A model generated the notes under the pieces. The model was given only the letters and a program-made list of their open reading frames with translations, made no database searches and had not been told where the DNA came from. Position numbers and translations under genes: made by a program. Shown here one piece after another: positions 15,543-23,380 of a stretch of 32,000 nt of DNA (position 1 is its first letter; each line of letters starts with the position of its first letter). This DNA is from Haloferax volcanii DS2 (GTDB lineage Archaea > Halobacteriota > Halobacteria > Halobacteriales > Haloferacaceae), in the NCBI RefSeq assembly GCF_000025685.1, contig NC_013967.1:780001-812000 (forward strand), given 5' to 3'.

Positions 15543-15974
15543 ATGCACGCCGCGACTCGCACGTCTCTGATGCTCGCCGTGATTCTCACTGTCGCGACCG
15601 CCCCGGTCGCCGCCGCGACCGGGCCGACCTCGCCGTGTTTCCCCGGCGAGGGCCACCAGTTCGACATCGGCGGCGAGGGTGCGGACATCGACCTCGTGGT
15701 CTTCCTCTCGATGTTCGAGAACCTCGGCGGCGAGGGCGGCTTCGGGATGGAAGCCGGCGGCTCCGTCGGCAACGACTCCATCGTCCAACTCCGGGCGGGG
15801 GTTGCCTTCGACGGCGTCGGTCCCGCCGCGGCGTTCCTCTCTGACCCCTTCTCGCGGTTCAGCGTCGTCTACGACTACTCGATGAACCTCCCGATGTTCG
15901 CCGTCTCGGGCATCGAATCGAGCTACGAGGACGACGGCTCGCCGGTGGGCGGACTCGACGCGAAATCCTGTTAG
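15543..15974 (+). CDS. Small secreted Gly/Asp-rich hypothetical protein
   Basis: 143 aa. N-terminal signal-like segment (MHAATRTSLMLAVILTVATAPVAAATG), an acidic mature part, and a C-terminal ..AKSC. No family recognised. Confidence 0.5.
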   Translation: MHAATRTSLMLAVILTVATAPVAAATGPTSPCFPGEGHQFDIGGEGADIDLVVFLSMFENLGGEGGFGMEAGGSVGNDSIVQLRAGVAFDGVGPAAAFLSDPFSRFSVVYDYSMNLPMFAVSGIESSYEDDGSPVGGLDAKSC

Positions 15975-16781
15975 TCAGTCGTCCGCGGCCGCGGGGTCGG
16001 TGACGGACTGCGCCGCCGCGTCGACGCCGACCATGTCACACACGTCGGTCATCGGGCACGCCTCGGGGCCGTCGAGACACGCGGGTTTGCGGGCTTTGCA
16101 GAACTCGCGGCCGAACTGAATCATCGCGGTGTGGCCGAAGCCGCACTTCTCGTCGGGGATGTCGCGTTCGAGCGCCGCCCGAACGCCTTCGTGGTCGGCG
16201 TCGGCGGGCGCGAGCCCAATCCTGCGGGCGATGCGGTGGACGTGGGTGTCGACGGGGAAGACGCCGCCGCGCCCGCCCGCAAAGAGGAGGACGCAGTCGG
16301 CGGTCTTCGGGCCGACGCCTTTCATCTCCAGGAGGCGGTCGCGGACCGTCGCGGGCGCTTCCTCGCGGACGTAGCGGTCGAAGTCGGCCTCGCTCCCGAA
16401 GTCGGCCAGCACCTCCTCCGCGACGCCCTGGATGAGCTTCGATTTCTGGTTGTAGAGGCCGCCGGAGCGGATGGCCTCAACGATGCCCTCGCGGTCGGCC
16501 GCCGCCAGCGACTCGGCGAGGTCGCCGCCGTCGTACTGCGCCATGAGTTCGTCGTGGGCGGGCTGGCTCGCCTTGTCGCTCGTGTTCTGACTCAGGATGG
16601 TTCGGACGAGACACTCGAAGCCGCCCTGCCCGCCGTAGGCCTTCCGCCAGTAGCGCTCGCCGAGGCGGTCGACGACGACCTCGGCGCGCGTCGCGGTCTC
16701 GGGGTCGGCGGGGTCGAACGCCGTCTCTCGGCCGCCGCCGCTCGCGCCGCCGCTGATGTTCTCTGCGGGTTCGTCGGGCAT
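15975..16781 (-). CDS. nth: Endonuclease III / HhH-GPD DNA glycosylase with a 4Fe-4S cluster loop
   Basis: 268 aa. HhH-GPD core (..LLEMKGVGPKTADCVLLFA..VDTHV.R...R.G) and the C-terminal Cys cluster CKARKPACLDGPEACPMTDVCD. Confidence 0.85.
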   Translation of the reverse strand: MPDEPAENISGGASGGGRETAFDPADPETATRAEVVVDRLGERYWRKAYGGQGGFECLVRTILSQNTSDKASQPAHDELMAQYDGGDLAESLAAADREGIVEAIRSGGLYNQKSKLIQGVAEEVLADFGSEADFDRYVREEAPATVRDRLLEMKGVGPKTADCVLLFAGGRGGVFPVDTHVHRIARRIGLAPADADHEGVRAALERDIPDEKCGFGHTAMIQFGREFCKARKPACLDGPEACPMTDVCDMVGVDAAAQSVTDPAAADD

Positions 16782-16797
16782 GGCCGGAGGTTACGAC

Positions 16798-16813
16798 CGC
16801 GCGGTGAAAAACG
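16798..16813 (-). promoter_or_regulatory. Promoter core for nth; this 16-mer is identical to 4873-4888
   Basis: The minus strand reads CGTTTTTCACCGCGCG. TTTTTC (16806-16811) ends exactly 24 nt before the ATG whose top coordinate is 16781. Confidence 0.5.
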
Positions 16814-16850
16814 CATCCCGTCGGCCGACTCCTCGGCCGATTGCGCCGAG

Positions 16851-17276
16851 TTACTCGACTTCGATAGTGACGGTCAGTTCCGCCCCGTCGGCGAGCGCCG
16901 AGACGAGGTCGCGGTCGAAGCCCGCCGCGGCGTGAGCTGCGTCGACCGCGCCGGTTCGGTCGTCCACGTAGTCGCTCGTGCGGAAGACGATGCTGCGGTC
17001 GCCCTCGAACGTGAGGTCCGGGTGTCCGCGGGCGTGGACGGCCTGCTCGTGGGTTTCGTCGCCTGCGTCCACGCGGACGTGCACGTCGATAGCCGCGTCG
17101 CGGGACTGGCAGGCCTCAACGAACGCCGGGTCGAAGTCGGCGGGCGTGCGCTCGGCCTCGACGCCGATGATACAGTCGCCCGCGGGGGTGAGCCAGTCGT
17201 CCGTCGTCACCTCGAAGGTGCTCGCGTGTTCGGCGCGTACGTGTTCGTGGCCGCGTGCGCGAATGACCTCTCTCAT
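16851..17276 (-). CDS. DUF371 domain protein
   Basis: 141 aa counted from MREVIRARGHEHVRAEHASTFEVTTDDWLTPAGDCIIGV.., the characteristic DUF371 N-terminus. The longer GTG start at 17312 is less likely. Confidence 0.7.
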   Translation of the reverse strand: MREVIRARGHEHVRAEHASTFEVTTDDWLTPAGDCIIGVEAERTPADFDPAFVEACQSRDAAIDVHVRVDAGDETHEQAVHARGHPDLTFEGDRSIVFRTSDYVDDRTGAVDAAHAAAGFDRDLVSALADGAELTVTIEVE

Positions 17277-17575
17277 GACGTGGCATCCGACCCGACTCGG
17301 TTTAGCCCCCACGATTCACATCCCATTTATACATGCCCTTGGCAACGACTAACATGGTGAATACGGTCGATACGAGCGGTGTGGTAACTGTTTTCACCCG
17401 AATTTCCACCGAAGTATTTATTAACTGGTCGCTTGTATGTGTATGTACCTGAGCGCCTCCGGCGTTCCGGCGGCATCGCACGCAGAATGATCGGGAATTC
17501 TTATCCACGGTCGGTCGCACTCCCACGAGCAGCCGCCACGCACGGAGTGGTGATGGTATCGAGGATTGATTACGC

Positions 17576-18499
17576 ATGGTAACGAAGCAGGAAGTACTTA
17601 GCGAGTTCGACGTGCAGGAACTCGACGAGGCACGAAACATCGATCTCCCAGACGAAAAGCTCGAGAGCGGCTCGAAAGGCGAACTCATCAAACTCGCCGG
17701 TCAACTCCGTGACCGCCGCAATGAACTAAACCAGATGGCTTCCGAGCGCGCGTCCAAGCGCGACGACCTCAACGCGAAGACTCGCGAGAAGGTCGACGAA
17801 GCCCAGAAGCACCGCGAGAAGCGCGACGAGATGAACTCGCAGGTGCAGGAACACAAGCAGAGTCGCAACGAGCTCAACGCGAAGGCCAACGAGCTCTTCG
17901 ACGAGGTCGACGAGATGAAAAGCGACCTCGAGCTCGACGACGGCAAGGACATCGACGAGCTCAAAGAGGAGATCGAGCAACTCGAGTTCCGCCAGCAGAC
18001 CGAAGTCCTCTCGACCGAAGACGAGCGCGAGCTCATCGAGAAAATCGAGAACAAGCGCGAAGAGCTTCGCCAGAGAAAGGACAAGGTCGAAGAGAGCGGT
18101 GACCTCGAAGAACTCATCGAAGAGGCAGAAGAGGTCCGCTCCGAGGCGTCCCAGCACCACCAGAAGGTGACCGAGCTGGCCGACGACGCCCAGGAACACC
18201 ACAACCAGATGATCGAGGCCTACCGCGAGGCCGACGACATCCGCGACAAGGCCGACGAGATGCACGAGCTCTTCGTCGAAGCCCAGGAAGCGGCCGACCG
18301 TCACCACGAGGACTTCGTCCGCGTCCAGAAGCGCCTCCGCGAGCTGGACAAGAAGGAAGAGCGCCAGCGCAAGGACTCCCGCGCCGAGGAGCGCGAGGCC
18401 GCCAAGGCCGAGGCCGAGGAAATCTACCAGAAGTTCAAGGAAGGCGAGACCCTCGAGACCGAGGACCTGATGAAGCTCCAGAAGTCCGGGCTGCTCTAA
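17576..18499 (+). CDS. Archaeal coiled-coil protein (COG1340-like)
   Basis: 307 aa. Extremely rich in E, K, D and R, with heptad-like repeats throughout (..RDRRNELNQMASERASKRDDLNAKTREKVDEAQKHREKRDEMNSQVQEH..). Confidence 0.7.
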   Translation: MVTKQEVLSEFDVQELDEARNIDLPDEKLESGSKGELIKLAGQLRDRRNELNQMASERASKRDDLNAKTREKVDEAQKHREKRDEMNSQVQEHKQSRNELNAKANELFDEVDEMKSDLELDDGKDIDELKEEIEQLEFRQQTEVLSTEDERELIEKIENKREELRQRKDKVEESGDLEELIEEAEEVRSEASQHHQKVTELADDAQEHHNQMIEAYREADDIRDKADEMHELFVEAQEAADRHHEDFVRVQKRLRELDKKEERQRKDSRAEEREAAKAEAEEIYQKFKEGETLETEDLMKLQKSGLL

Positions 18500-18522
18500 A
18501 CTTCGGTCACTTTCTCTCTCTT

Positions 18523-18548
18523 CGTCGCGCTTGCGACGTATCATTTTT
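18523..18548 (+). terminator. Hairpin CGTCGC-gctt-GCGACG followed by T5; candidate terminator of the coiled-coil gene
   Basis: A perfect 6-bp stem (18523-18528 with 18533-18538) has a 4-nt loop and starts 24 nt after the stop codon. T5 lies at 18544-18548. Confidence 0.4.
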
Positions 18549-18550
18549 AT
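18544..18550 (+). promoter_or_regulatory. TATA-like TTTTTAT upstream of the sppA region
   Basis: Ends 25 nt before the ATG at 18576, which opens a 5-codon mini-ORF. It is 39 nt before the GTG at 18590, the sppA start. Confidence 0.4.
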
Positions 18551-18589
18551 GCCGTTCGAAGCCCGAGCGACAGCCATGAGTGATTCACC

Positions 18590-19591
18590 GTGACCGACAG
18601 CTTCACGCGCGTCTACCGGCTGGCTATCGTGGTCGTTCTCGCCGTCGTCGGGGCGGCGGTCGGCTGGATTCTGTTCTACCGCGTCCCCGACACGCTCGCG
18701 GACCTCGCGGGACTCCTCCTGTTCATCGGGACGGTCGTCGCGGCGCTCCGCGTCGGCGGCAGGCTCGCCGCCTCGGCGTTCCCCGACTACGACGTGGCCG
18801 AAGTCGCCGTCGAAGGGCCGATTTCCCGCGACGGCGGCGGCGGTCCGGTTCCGGGTCGCGGCGGCGGGACGCCCGCCGACGACATCGTCGAGCAGGTCGA
18901 CGCCGCGGCCGACGACGACAGCGTCGACGCGCTGCTGGTCAAACTGAACACGCCCGGCGGCGAGGTGTTGCCGAGCGACGATATCCGCCGGGCCGTTGCC
19001 GACTTCGACGGGCCGACGGTCGCCTACGCCACGGACACCTGCGCCTCGGGCGGCTACTGGATTGCCAGCGGCTGCGACGAACTGTGGTCCCACGACGTGA
19101 GCGTCGTCGGCTCCATCGGCGTCATCGGCTCGTCGGTCAACGCCTCGGAGCTGGCCGACAAGGTCGGGCTCTCCTACGAGCGGTTCGCCGCGGGGAAGTA
19201 CAAGGACGCCGGGATGGCCCTGAAAGAGCCGACCGAGGACGAACGCGAGTACCTCCAGGGGCTCATCGACGACTACTACGACGACTTCGTCGAGCGCGTG
19301 GCCGAGGGCCGCGACATGGACCCGCAGGTCGTCCGCGACACCGAAGCCCGCGTCTACCTCGGTGAGGAGGCCCACGAACTCGGCTTGGTCGACTCGCTGG
19401 GGAGCCGCGACGACGTGGAAGACCGACTCGCCGAACGCCTCGGCCGCGACGAGGTGTCGGTGCGGGAGTTCACCCCTGAGGTCGGCCTCACCGACCGGCT
19501 CCGCGGCGGCGTCGAAGGGGCGGCGTACGCCTTCGGCGCGGGACTCGCCTCGTCGGTCGACCCCGACGACGGCTTCTCGTTTCGGTTCTGA
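18590..19591 (+). CDS. sppA: Signal peptide peptidase SppA (S49 family, 36K type)
   Basis: 333 aa. N-terminal TM segments, then ..DDSVDALLVKLNTPGGEV..ASGGYWIASGCD..GSIGV..KD.G.., the S49 signature. The frame is closed upstream by TGA at 18581-18583, so GTG 18590 is the first possible start. Confidence 0.85.
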   Translation: MTDSFTRVYRLAIVVVLAVVGAAVGWILFYRVPDTLADLAGLLLFIGTVVAALRVGGRLAASAFPDYDVAEVAVEGPISRDGGGGPVPGRGGGTPADDIVEQVDAAADDDSVDALLVKLNTPGGEVLPSDDIRRAVADFDGPTVAYATDTCASGGYWIASGCDELWSHDVSVVGSIGVIGSSVNASELADKVGLSYERFAAGKYKDAGMALKEPTEDEREYLQGLIDDYYDDFVERVAEGRDMDPQVVRDTEARVYLGEEAHELGLVDSLGSRDDVEDRLAERLGRDEVSVREFTPEVGLTDRLRGGVEGAAYAFGAGLASSVDPDDGFSFRF

Positions 19592-19603
19592 CGACTGGGA
19601 GGC

Positions 19604-19610
19604 TTTTTAG
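19604..19610 (+). promoter_or_regulatory. TATA-like TTTTTAG inside the mini-hairpin GGCT-TTTT-AGCC; also a possible sppA terminator
   Basis: Ends 24 nt before the GTG at 19635. It lies 13 nt after the sppA stop. Confidence 0.4.
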
Positions 19611-19634
19611 CCCGCGCCCCCGTTCGTCTTCCAC

Positions 19635-20771
19635 GTGACAACGCTCGTCCTCTGTGTCGACCGGGCGAACGACATCGGCCGCAAGACCGGGCTCTTGACG
19701 CCCGTCGTCGGCTGGGAAGCGGTCCGATCGCTCGTCACCGACGTGGGCCTCTCTGACCCCGAGGATTCGAGCGTCAACTGCCTTCTCGCGGCGCTGCGGA
19801 CGACCCGCGAACTCAGAGACGAGCGCGAGGACGCCGAAATCGCGGTCATCTCGGGGACGAGCGACAGCGCCGTCGGAGCCGACCGCGCCGTCGCGCGACA
19901 GCTCGACGACCTCGCCGAGCAGTTCGACGTCGAGTCCGCCGTCGTCGTCATCGACAGCGCGGAAGACGAGCGGCTCGTCCCGGTCGTCGAAAGCAGGTTC
20001 CGGGTCGACGCGGTCGACCGCGTGGTCGTCCGGCAGGCCCACGACATCGAGTCGACGTACTACCTGCTCAAGCAGTTCCTCGGCGACGAGGAGCTTCGCT
20101 CGACGGTACTCGTCCCGCTCGGCGTCGGCCTGCTTCTCGTCCCGTTGCTGCTCGTCCAGTTCAGCCCCGAGGTCGCCATGGCCGGGCTCGCCGCCCTGAT
20201 GGGCGCGGTGCTGCTCTACAAGGGACTGGCCATCGACGAGTTCCTCTCGGACGCCCGGGACCAGATTCGCGACGCCCTCTACTCCGGGCAGGTGTCGGTC
20301 GTCACCTACGCGGTCGCGGCCGGACTGGCCATCGTCGGGCTGTTCCTCGGCGCGCTCGCCATTCGTTCCCCCGGCGTCGGCGGGGGAGAAGAGGTGCTCG
20401 TCCCGTCGCTCCTGTTCGTCTACCACAGCGCGCCGTGGATGGCGCTCGCCGCGCTGACCGCGAGTGCGGGCCGCCTCTTGGACGAACTCATCGGGAGCGA
20501 GCGCGTCTCCACGTCGTACATGAACCTCCCGTTCGGCGTCGTCGCCATCGGGCTCGTCGTCCGCGGGTTCGCCGGGTTCCTCCTCGAACGACAGGGCGAG
20601 CTAGCGAACCTCGAACTGCTCGGGCGACTCGCGCTCACGCCGGTCCAGCGGCTGGCGATGTTCATCGTCGCCGGCGTCGTCGTGAGCGTCGTGGGCGTCC
20701 GCGTCTCCGCGAGCGTCTCGGACGAGACCCTGGAGGACGTCGTCGACACGCCCAGAGAAAACGAGAGCTGA
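19635..20771 (+). CDS. DUF373 family membrane protein
   Basis: 378 aa. Soluble N-terminal domain (MTTLVLCVDRANDIGRKTG..VNCLLAALR..) followed by several TM helices, which is the DUF373 layout. GTG start. Confidence 0.7.
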   Translation: MTTLVLCVDRANDIGRKTGLLTPVVGWEAVRSLVTDVGLSDPEDSSVNCLLAALRTTRELRDEREDAEIAVISGTSDSAVGADRAVARQLDDLAEQFDVESAVVVIDSAEDERLVPVVESRFRVDAVDRVVVRQAHDIESTYYLLKQFLGDEELRSTVLVPLGVGLLLVPLLLVQFSPEVAMAGLAALMGAVLLYKGLAIDEFLSDARDQIRDALYSGQVSVVTYAVAAGLAIVGLFLGALAIRSPGVGGGEEVLVPSLLFVYHSAPWMALAALTASAGRLLDELIGSERVSTSYMNLPFGVVAIGLVVRGFAGFLLERQGELANLELLGRLALTPVQRLAMFIVAGVVVSVVGVRVSASVSDETLEDVVDTPRENES

Positions 20772-20807
20772 GGATTTCTGTCCCGTGTTTTCGTGTCGTC
20801 CCCGTCG

Positions 20808-20999
20808 TTAGTTCGACGCCCGGTACTCGCCGTGTTTGACGCCGATGGCGAGACAGAGAGCCCCGAAGACGAGCATCGACGGCGTCACCATCATCAGGAC
20901 CGTACTCGTCGCCATCGCGCCCATCCCGACGAGGGCCGCGGTTCCGACGACGACGAGCGCGACGAGCAACGCGACTGTCTTGGGGAGGTCGAACTCCAT
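20808..20999 (-). CDS. Small two-TM membrane protein (63 aa)
   Basis: MEFDLPKTVALLVALVVVGTAALVGMGAMATSTVLMMVTPSMLVFGALCLAIGVKHGEYRASN has two hydrophobic helices. The ATG at 20999 is preferred over the TTG at 21026 used in the track. Confidence 0.45.
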   Translation of the reverse strand: MEFDLPKTVALLVALVVVGTAALVGMGAMATSTVLMMVTPSMLVFGALCLAIGVKHGEYRASN

Positions 21000-21087
21000 G
21001 GGATTCTGTCGGGACTCGTTCGACAAATCCGTTGCGGCTCCGGGCGACGAATCGAGAGTCGAACCGGGAACAGGCGGGTTCGGTCGC

Positions 21088-21918
21088 TTACCAGGGCGCG
21101 AAGTCGGGGTCGACGCGGCGGTCTTCGATGTCGATGGCGTCGATGGCGGCCACGTCCTCGTCGTCGAGTTCGAGCGCGAGCGACTCCCAGTTGTCGCGGA
21201 TGTGGACCTCGCCCGTCGCTTTCGGAATCGCGGTGACGCCCTTCTCGCGGAGCCACGCCAGAGACACCTGCGCCTCGCTCGCGTCGTGTTTCTCCGCGAT
21301 GTCGGACAGCACGTCGACGTCGAAGACCTCCCCGCGGGCGAGCGGCGAGTACGCGACGCTTTCGATGTCCTCCTCGGCGCAGACCTCGCGGAGTTCCTCC
21401 TGCTGGAAGAGCGGATGCATCTCGATTTGGTTGGCGAAGACGCCGGACTCGGACAGTTCGACGGCCTCGCGGACCTGTTCGGGCTCGAAGTTGGAGATGC
21501 CGACGCGCTCGGTCAGCCCTCGCTCGACGAGTTCGTCGAAGGCCGCGAGCGTCTCTTCGGCGTCGTACTCGCGGGACGGCCAGTGGACGTACAGGAGGTC
21601 GACGTAGTCGACGCCGAGCTTTTCGAGGCTCGCTTCGGTGCTCTCGATGACGTCGTCGTGGGACAGTTCGTCGGCCCACACCTTCGTCGCGAGGAACACC
21701 TCGTCGCGGTCGACGTCGGCGGCGGCGATGCCCTCACCGACCTCCGCCTCGTTCCCGTACGCTTGGGCGGTGTCGATGTGCCGGTAGCCCATCTCCAGCG
21801 CCGTCTGCACCGCGTTGCGACACTCGTCGGCGTTCGTGTTCTGCCACGTTCCGAGCCCGAGCATCGGCATCCCGTTCGCTCGCGGTGCGTCGTCTGCTGA
21901 AGCGAGGTTCTCCGTCAT
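21088..21918 (-). CDS. Aldo/keto reductase
   Basis: 276 aa. ..GLGTWQ..A...GYRHIDTAQAYGNE..VFLATK..LDYVDLLYVHWP.. are the AKR catalytic motifs. Confidence 0.9.
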   Translation of the reverse strand: MTENLASADDAPRANGMPMLGLGTWQNTNADECRNAVQTALEMGYRHIDTAQAYGNEAEVGEGIAAADVDRDEVFLATKVWADELSHDDVIESTEASLEKLGVDYVDLLYVHWPSREYDAEETLAAFDELVERGLTERVGISNFEPEQVREAVELSESGVFANQIEMHPLFQQEELREVCAEEDIESVAYSPLARGEVFDVDVLSDIAEKHDASEAQVSLAWLREKGVTAIPKATGEVHIRDNWESLALELDDEDVAAIDAIDIEDRRVDPDFAPW

Positions 21919-22085
21919 GGCTGATTCAAGGGCCGCGAGTTGAAAAGACGTTCCGGAAGGGCGGGCGAATTTCCGGCTTTCACGGCCTGAGGGTGTGTCA
22001 CACGGGGTCTCAGACGCTCGTCACCCGATGCCGCTCGACGCCGCCCGACGCTCGGCGGCGGATAGTTTATGTGCCATGTGGTAGC

Positions 22086-22304
22086 ATGTCTAACTGGTGG
22101 TCAGGAATGTCGTCCGCATCAGAGCCGTTGACAGAAGAGAACACGAACGCGTTCGCACACCGTATCGCGGGTGACTCGCTCGTCTACGAGTGTCCCAACT
22201 GCGAGTTCGGTGAGGTGTTGGTGACGGAGCTCATCGAATCCGACGACGCGCGGTGTCTCGACTGCGGGACGCGCTACCGGCTCAACATCGAGACGGTGGC
22301 GTAA
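22086..22304 (+). CDS. Small CPxCG-related zinc-finger protein
   Basis: 72 aa with YECPNCEFG..ARCLDCGTRY, two Cys pairs forming a zinc ribbon. The start is uncertain: ATG 22086 or ATG 22107. The upstream part of track ORF 21885-22304 is basic and non-coding-like. Confidence 0.55.
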   Translation: MSNWWSGMSSASEPLTEENTNAFAHRIAGDSLVYECPNCEFGEVLVTELIESDDARCLDCGTRYRLNIETVA

Positions 22305-22516
22305 GAGCGGGTCGTCGGGAGACTCGGTGGCGGGTCGGTCGGCTCGCTCGCCCGGACCTCCGTGGTCCCGCTCGGACCGACTCGGTCAGTCGACTCTTTT
22401 CGGCGGTGAAGCGTTCGCGGCGCGCGGGCCTATCGAGCAGTCGGAGACGGTCGAAAGAACGGTCGAAGTTCGGTGAGCGGTCGGCGCGGCGTCAACCGCG
22501 AGTTCGGCGGTCGTCG

Positions 22517-23380
22517 TTAGTAGAACTCGCGGACGAGGTCCATCGCGTCGTCGGGCGCGCCCGACGGGATGTCCGACATATCCTGGTCGACGCCGAACTT
22601 CTCCTCGTAGGAGACGGAGCTTTCGTCCTTGTAGATGATGCCCTCGTACTCCTTCGACGAGTCGAGAATCTTCTCTTTGGCCGCGTCGTAGTCGGTCGGG
22701 TCGTGGTCGGTGTCCGCGAGGTCGACGAGGTTGTCGCGGAAGTAGTCGTAGGTGTCCACGTCGTTGAACGTGACACAGGGACTGAACACGTTCACGAAGC
22801 CGAAGCCGTCGTGTTCGATGGCCTCCTGGACGATTTCCGCGTGGCGCTTGTGGTCCGTCGCGAACGACTGCGCGATGAACGTGCCGCCGGCGGCCAGCGA
22901 CAGCGCGAGCGGGTTGACCGGGGGCTGCTGGGGCCCTTCGGGGGTCGTCGAAGTCTCGAAGTCCTCGCGCGAGGTCGGCGAGGCCTGTCCCTTCGTGAGA
23001 CCGTAGATGCGGTTGTCCATGACGGTGTAGGCCATGTCCACGTTGCGGCGGACGGCGTGGATGAAGTGGCCCGCGCCGATGGAGTAGCCGTCACCGTCGC
23101 CGCCGGCGGCGACGACGGTCAGGTCGGGGTTCGCCAACTTGACGCCGGCGGCGACCGGGAGCGAGCGCCCGTGGACGCCGTGGATGGCGTACGAGTGCAT
23201 GTACGTCCCGATTTTCCCGGAACAGCCGATACCGGCGACCATGAACGTGTTGTCGGGGTCGGTGCCGGAGTTGGCGAGGGCTTTCATGATGCCGTTCATC
23301 GTCCCGAAGTCCCCACAGCCGGGACACCAGGTCGGTTGTTTGTCTGACTTGAAGTCGGTGAAGCGGACGTTTGAGCTCAT
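22517..23380 (-). CDS. korB: 2-oxoacid:ferredoxin oxidoreductase beta subunit, probably 2-oxoglutarate-specific
   Basis: 287 aa. ..WCPGCGDFG.. and the TPP-binding GGDGD motif are present. It overlaps the stop of the alpha-subunit gene by 4 nt. Confidence 0.85.
   Translation of the reverse strand: MSSNVRFTDFKSDKQPTWCPGCGDFGTMNGIMKALANSGTDPDNTFMVAGIGCSGKIGTYMHSYAIHGVHGRSLPVAAGVKLANPDLTVVAAGGDGDGYSIGAGHFIHAVRRNVDMAYTVMDNRIYGLTKGQASPTSREDFETSTTPEGPQQPPVNPLALSLAAGGTFIAQSFATDHKRHAEIVQEAIEHDGFGFVNVFSPCVTFNDVDTYDYFRDNLVDLADTDHDPTDYDAAKEKILDSSKEYEGIIYKDESSVSYEEKFGVDQDMSDIPSGAPDDAMDLVREFY

Noticed and set aside
15969-15980. Convergent genes (secreted protein and nth) whose stop codons abut with zero spacing (TAG|TCA)
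   Set aside because: The observation is real, but tight or overlapping convergent ends are common in compact haloarchaeal genomes. Nothing beyond the adjacency is visible.
17335-17454. 39-codon ORF (MPLATTNMVNTVDTSGVVTVF..) in the DUF371/COG1340 spacer; also a 37-codon ORF at about 25271-25384 in the kor spacer
   Set aside because: Their third codon positions are AT-rich, unlike the real genes here. They have no phased TATA element and no recognisable motif.
22447-22467. Two tandem copies of ACGGTCGAA with a 12-nt period, downstream of korB
   Set aside because: There are only two copies of 9 nt in a GC-rich convergent spacer. There are no further repeats, so nothing resembles a CRISPR array or a satellite.
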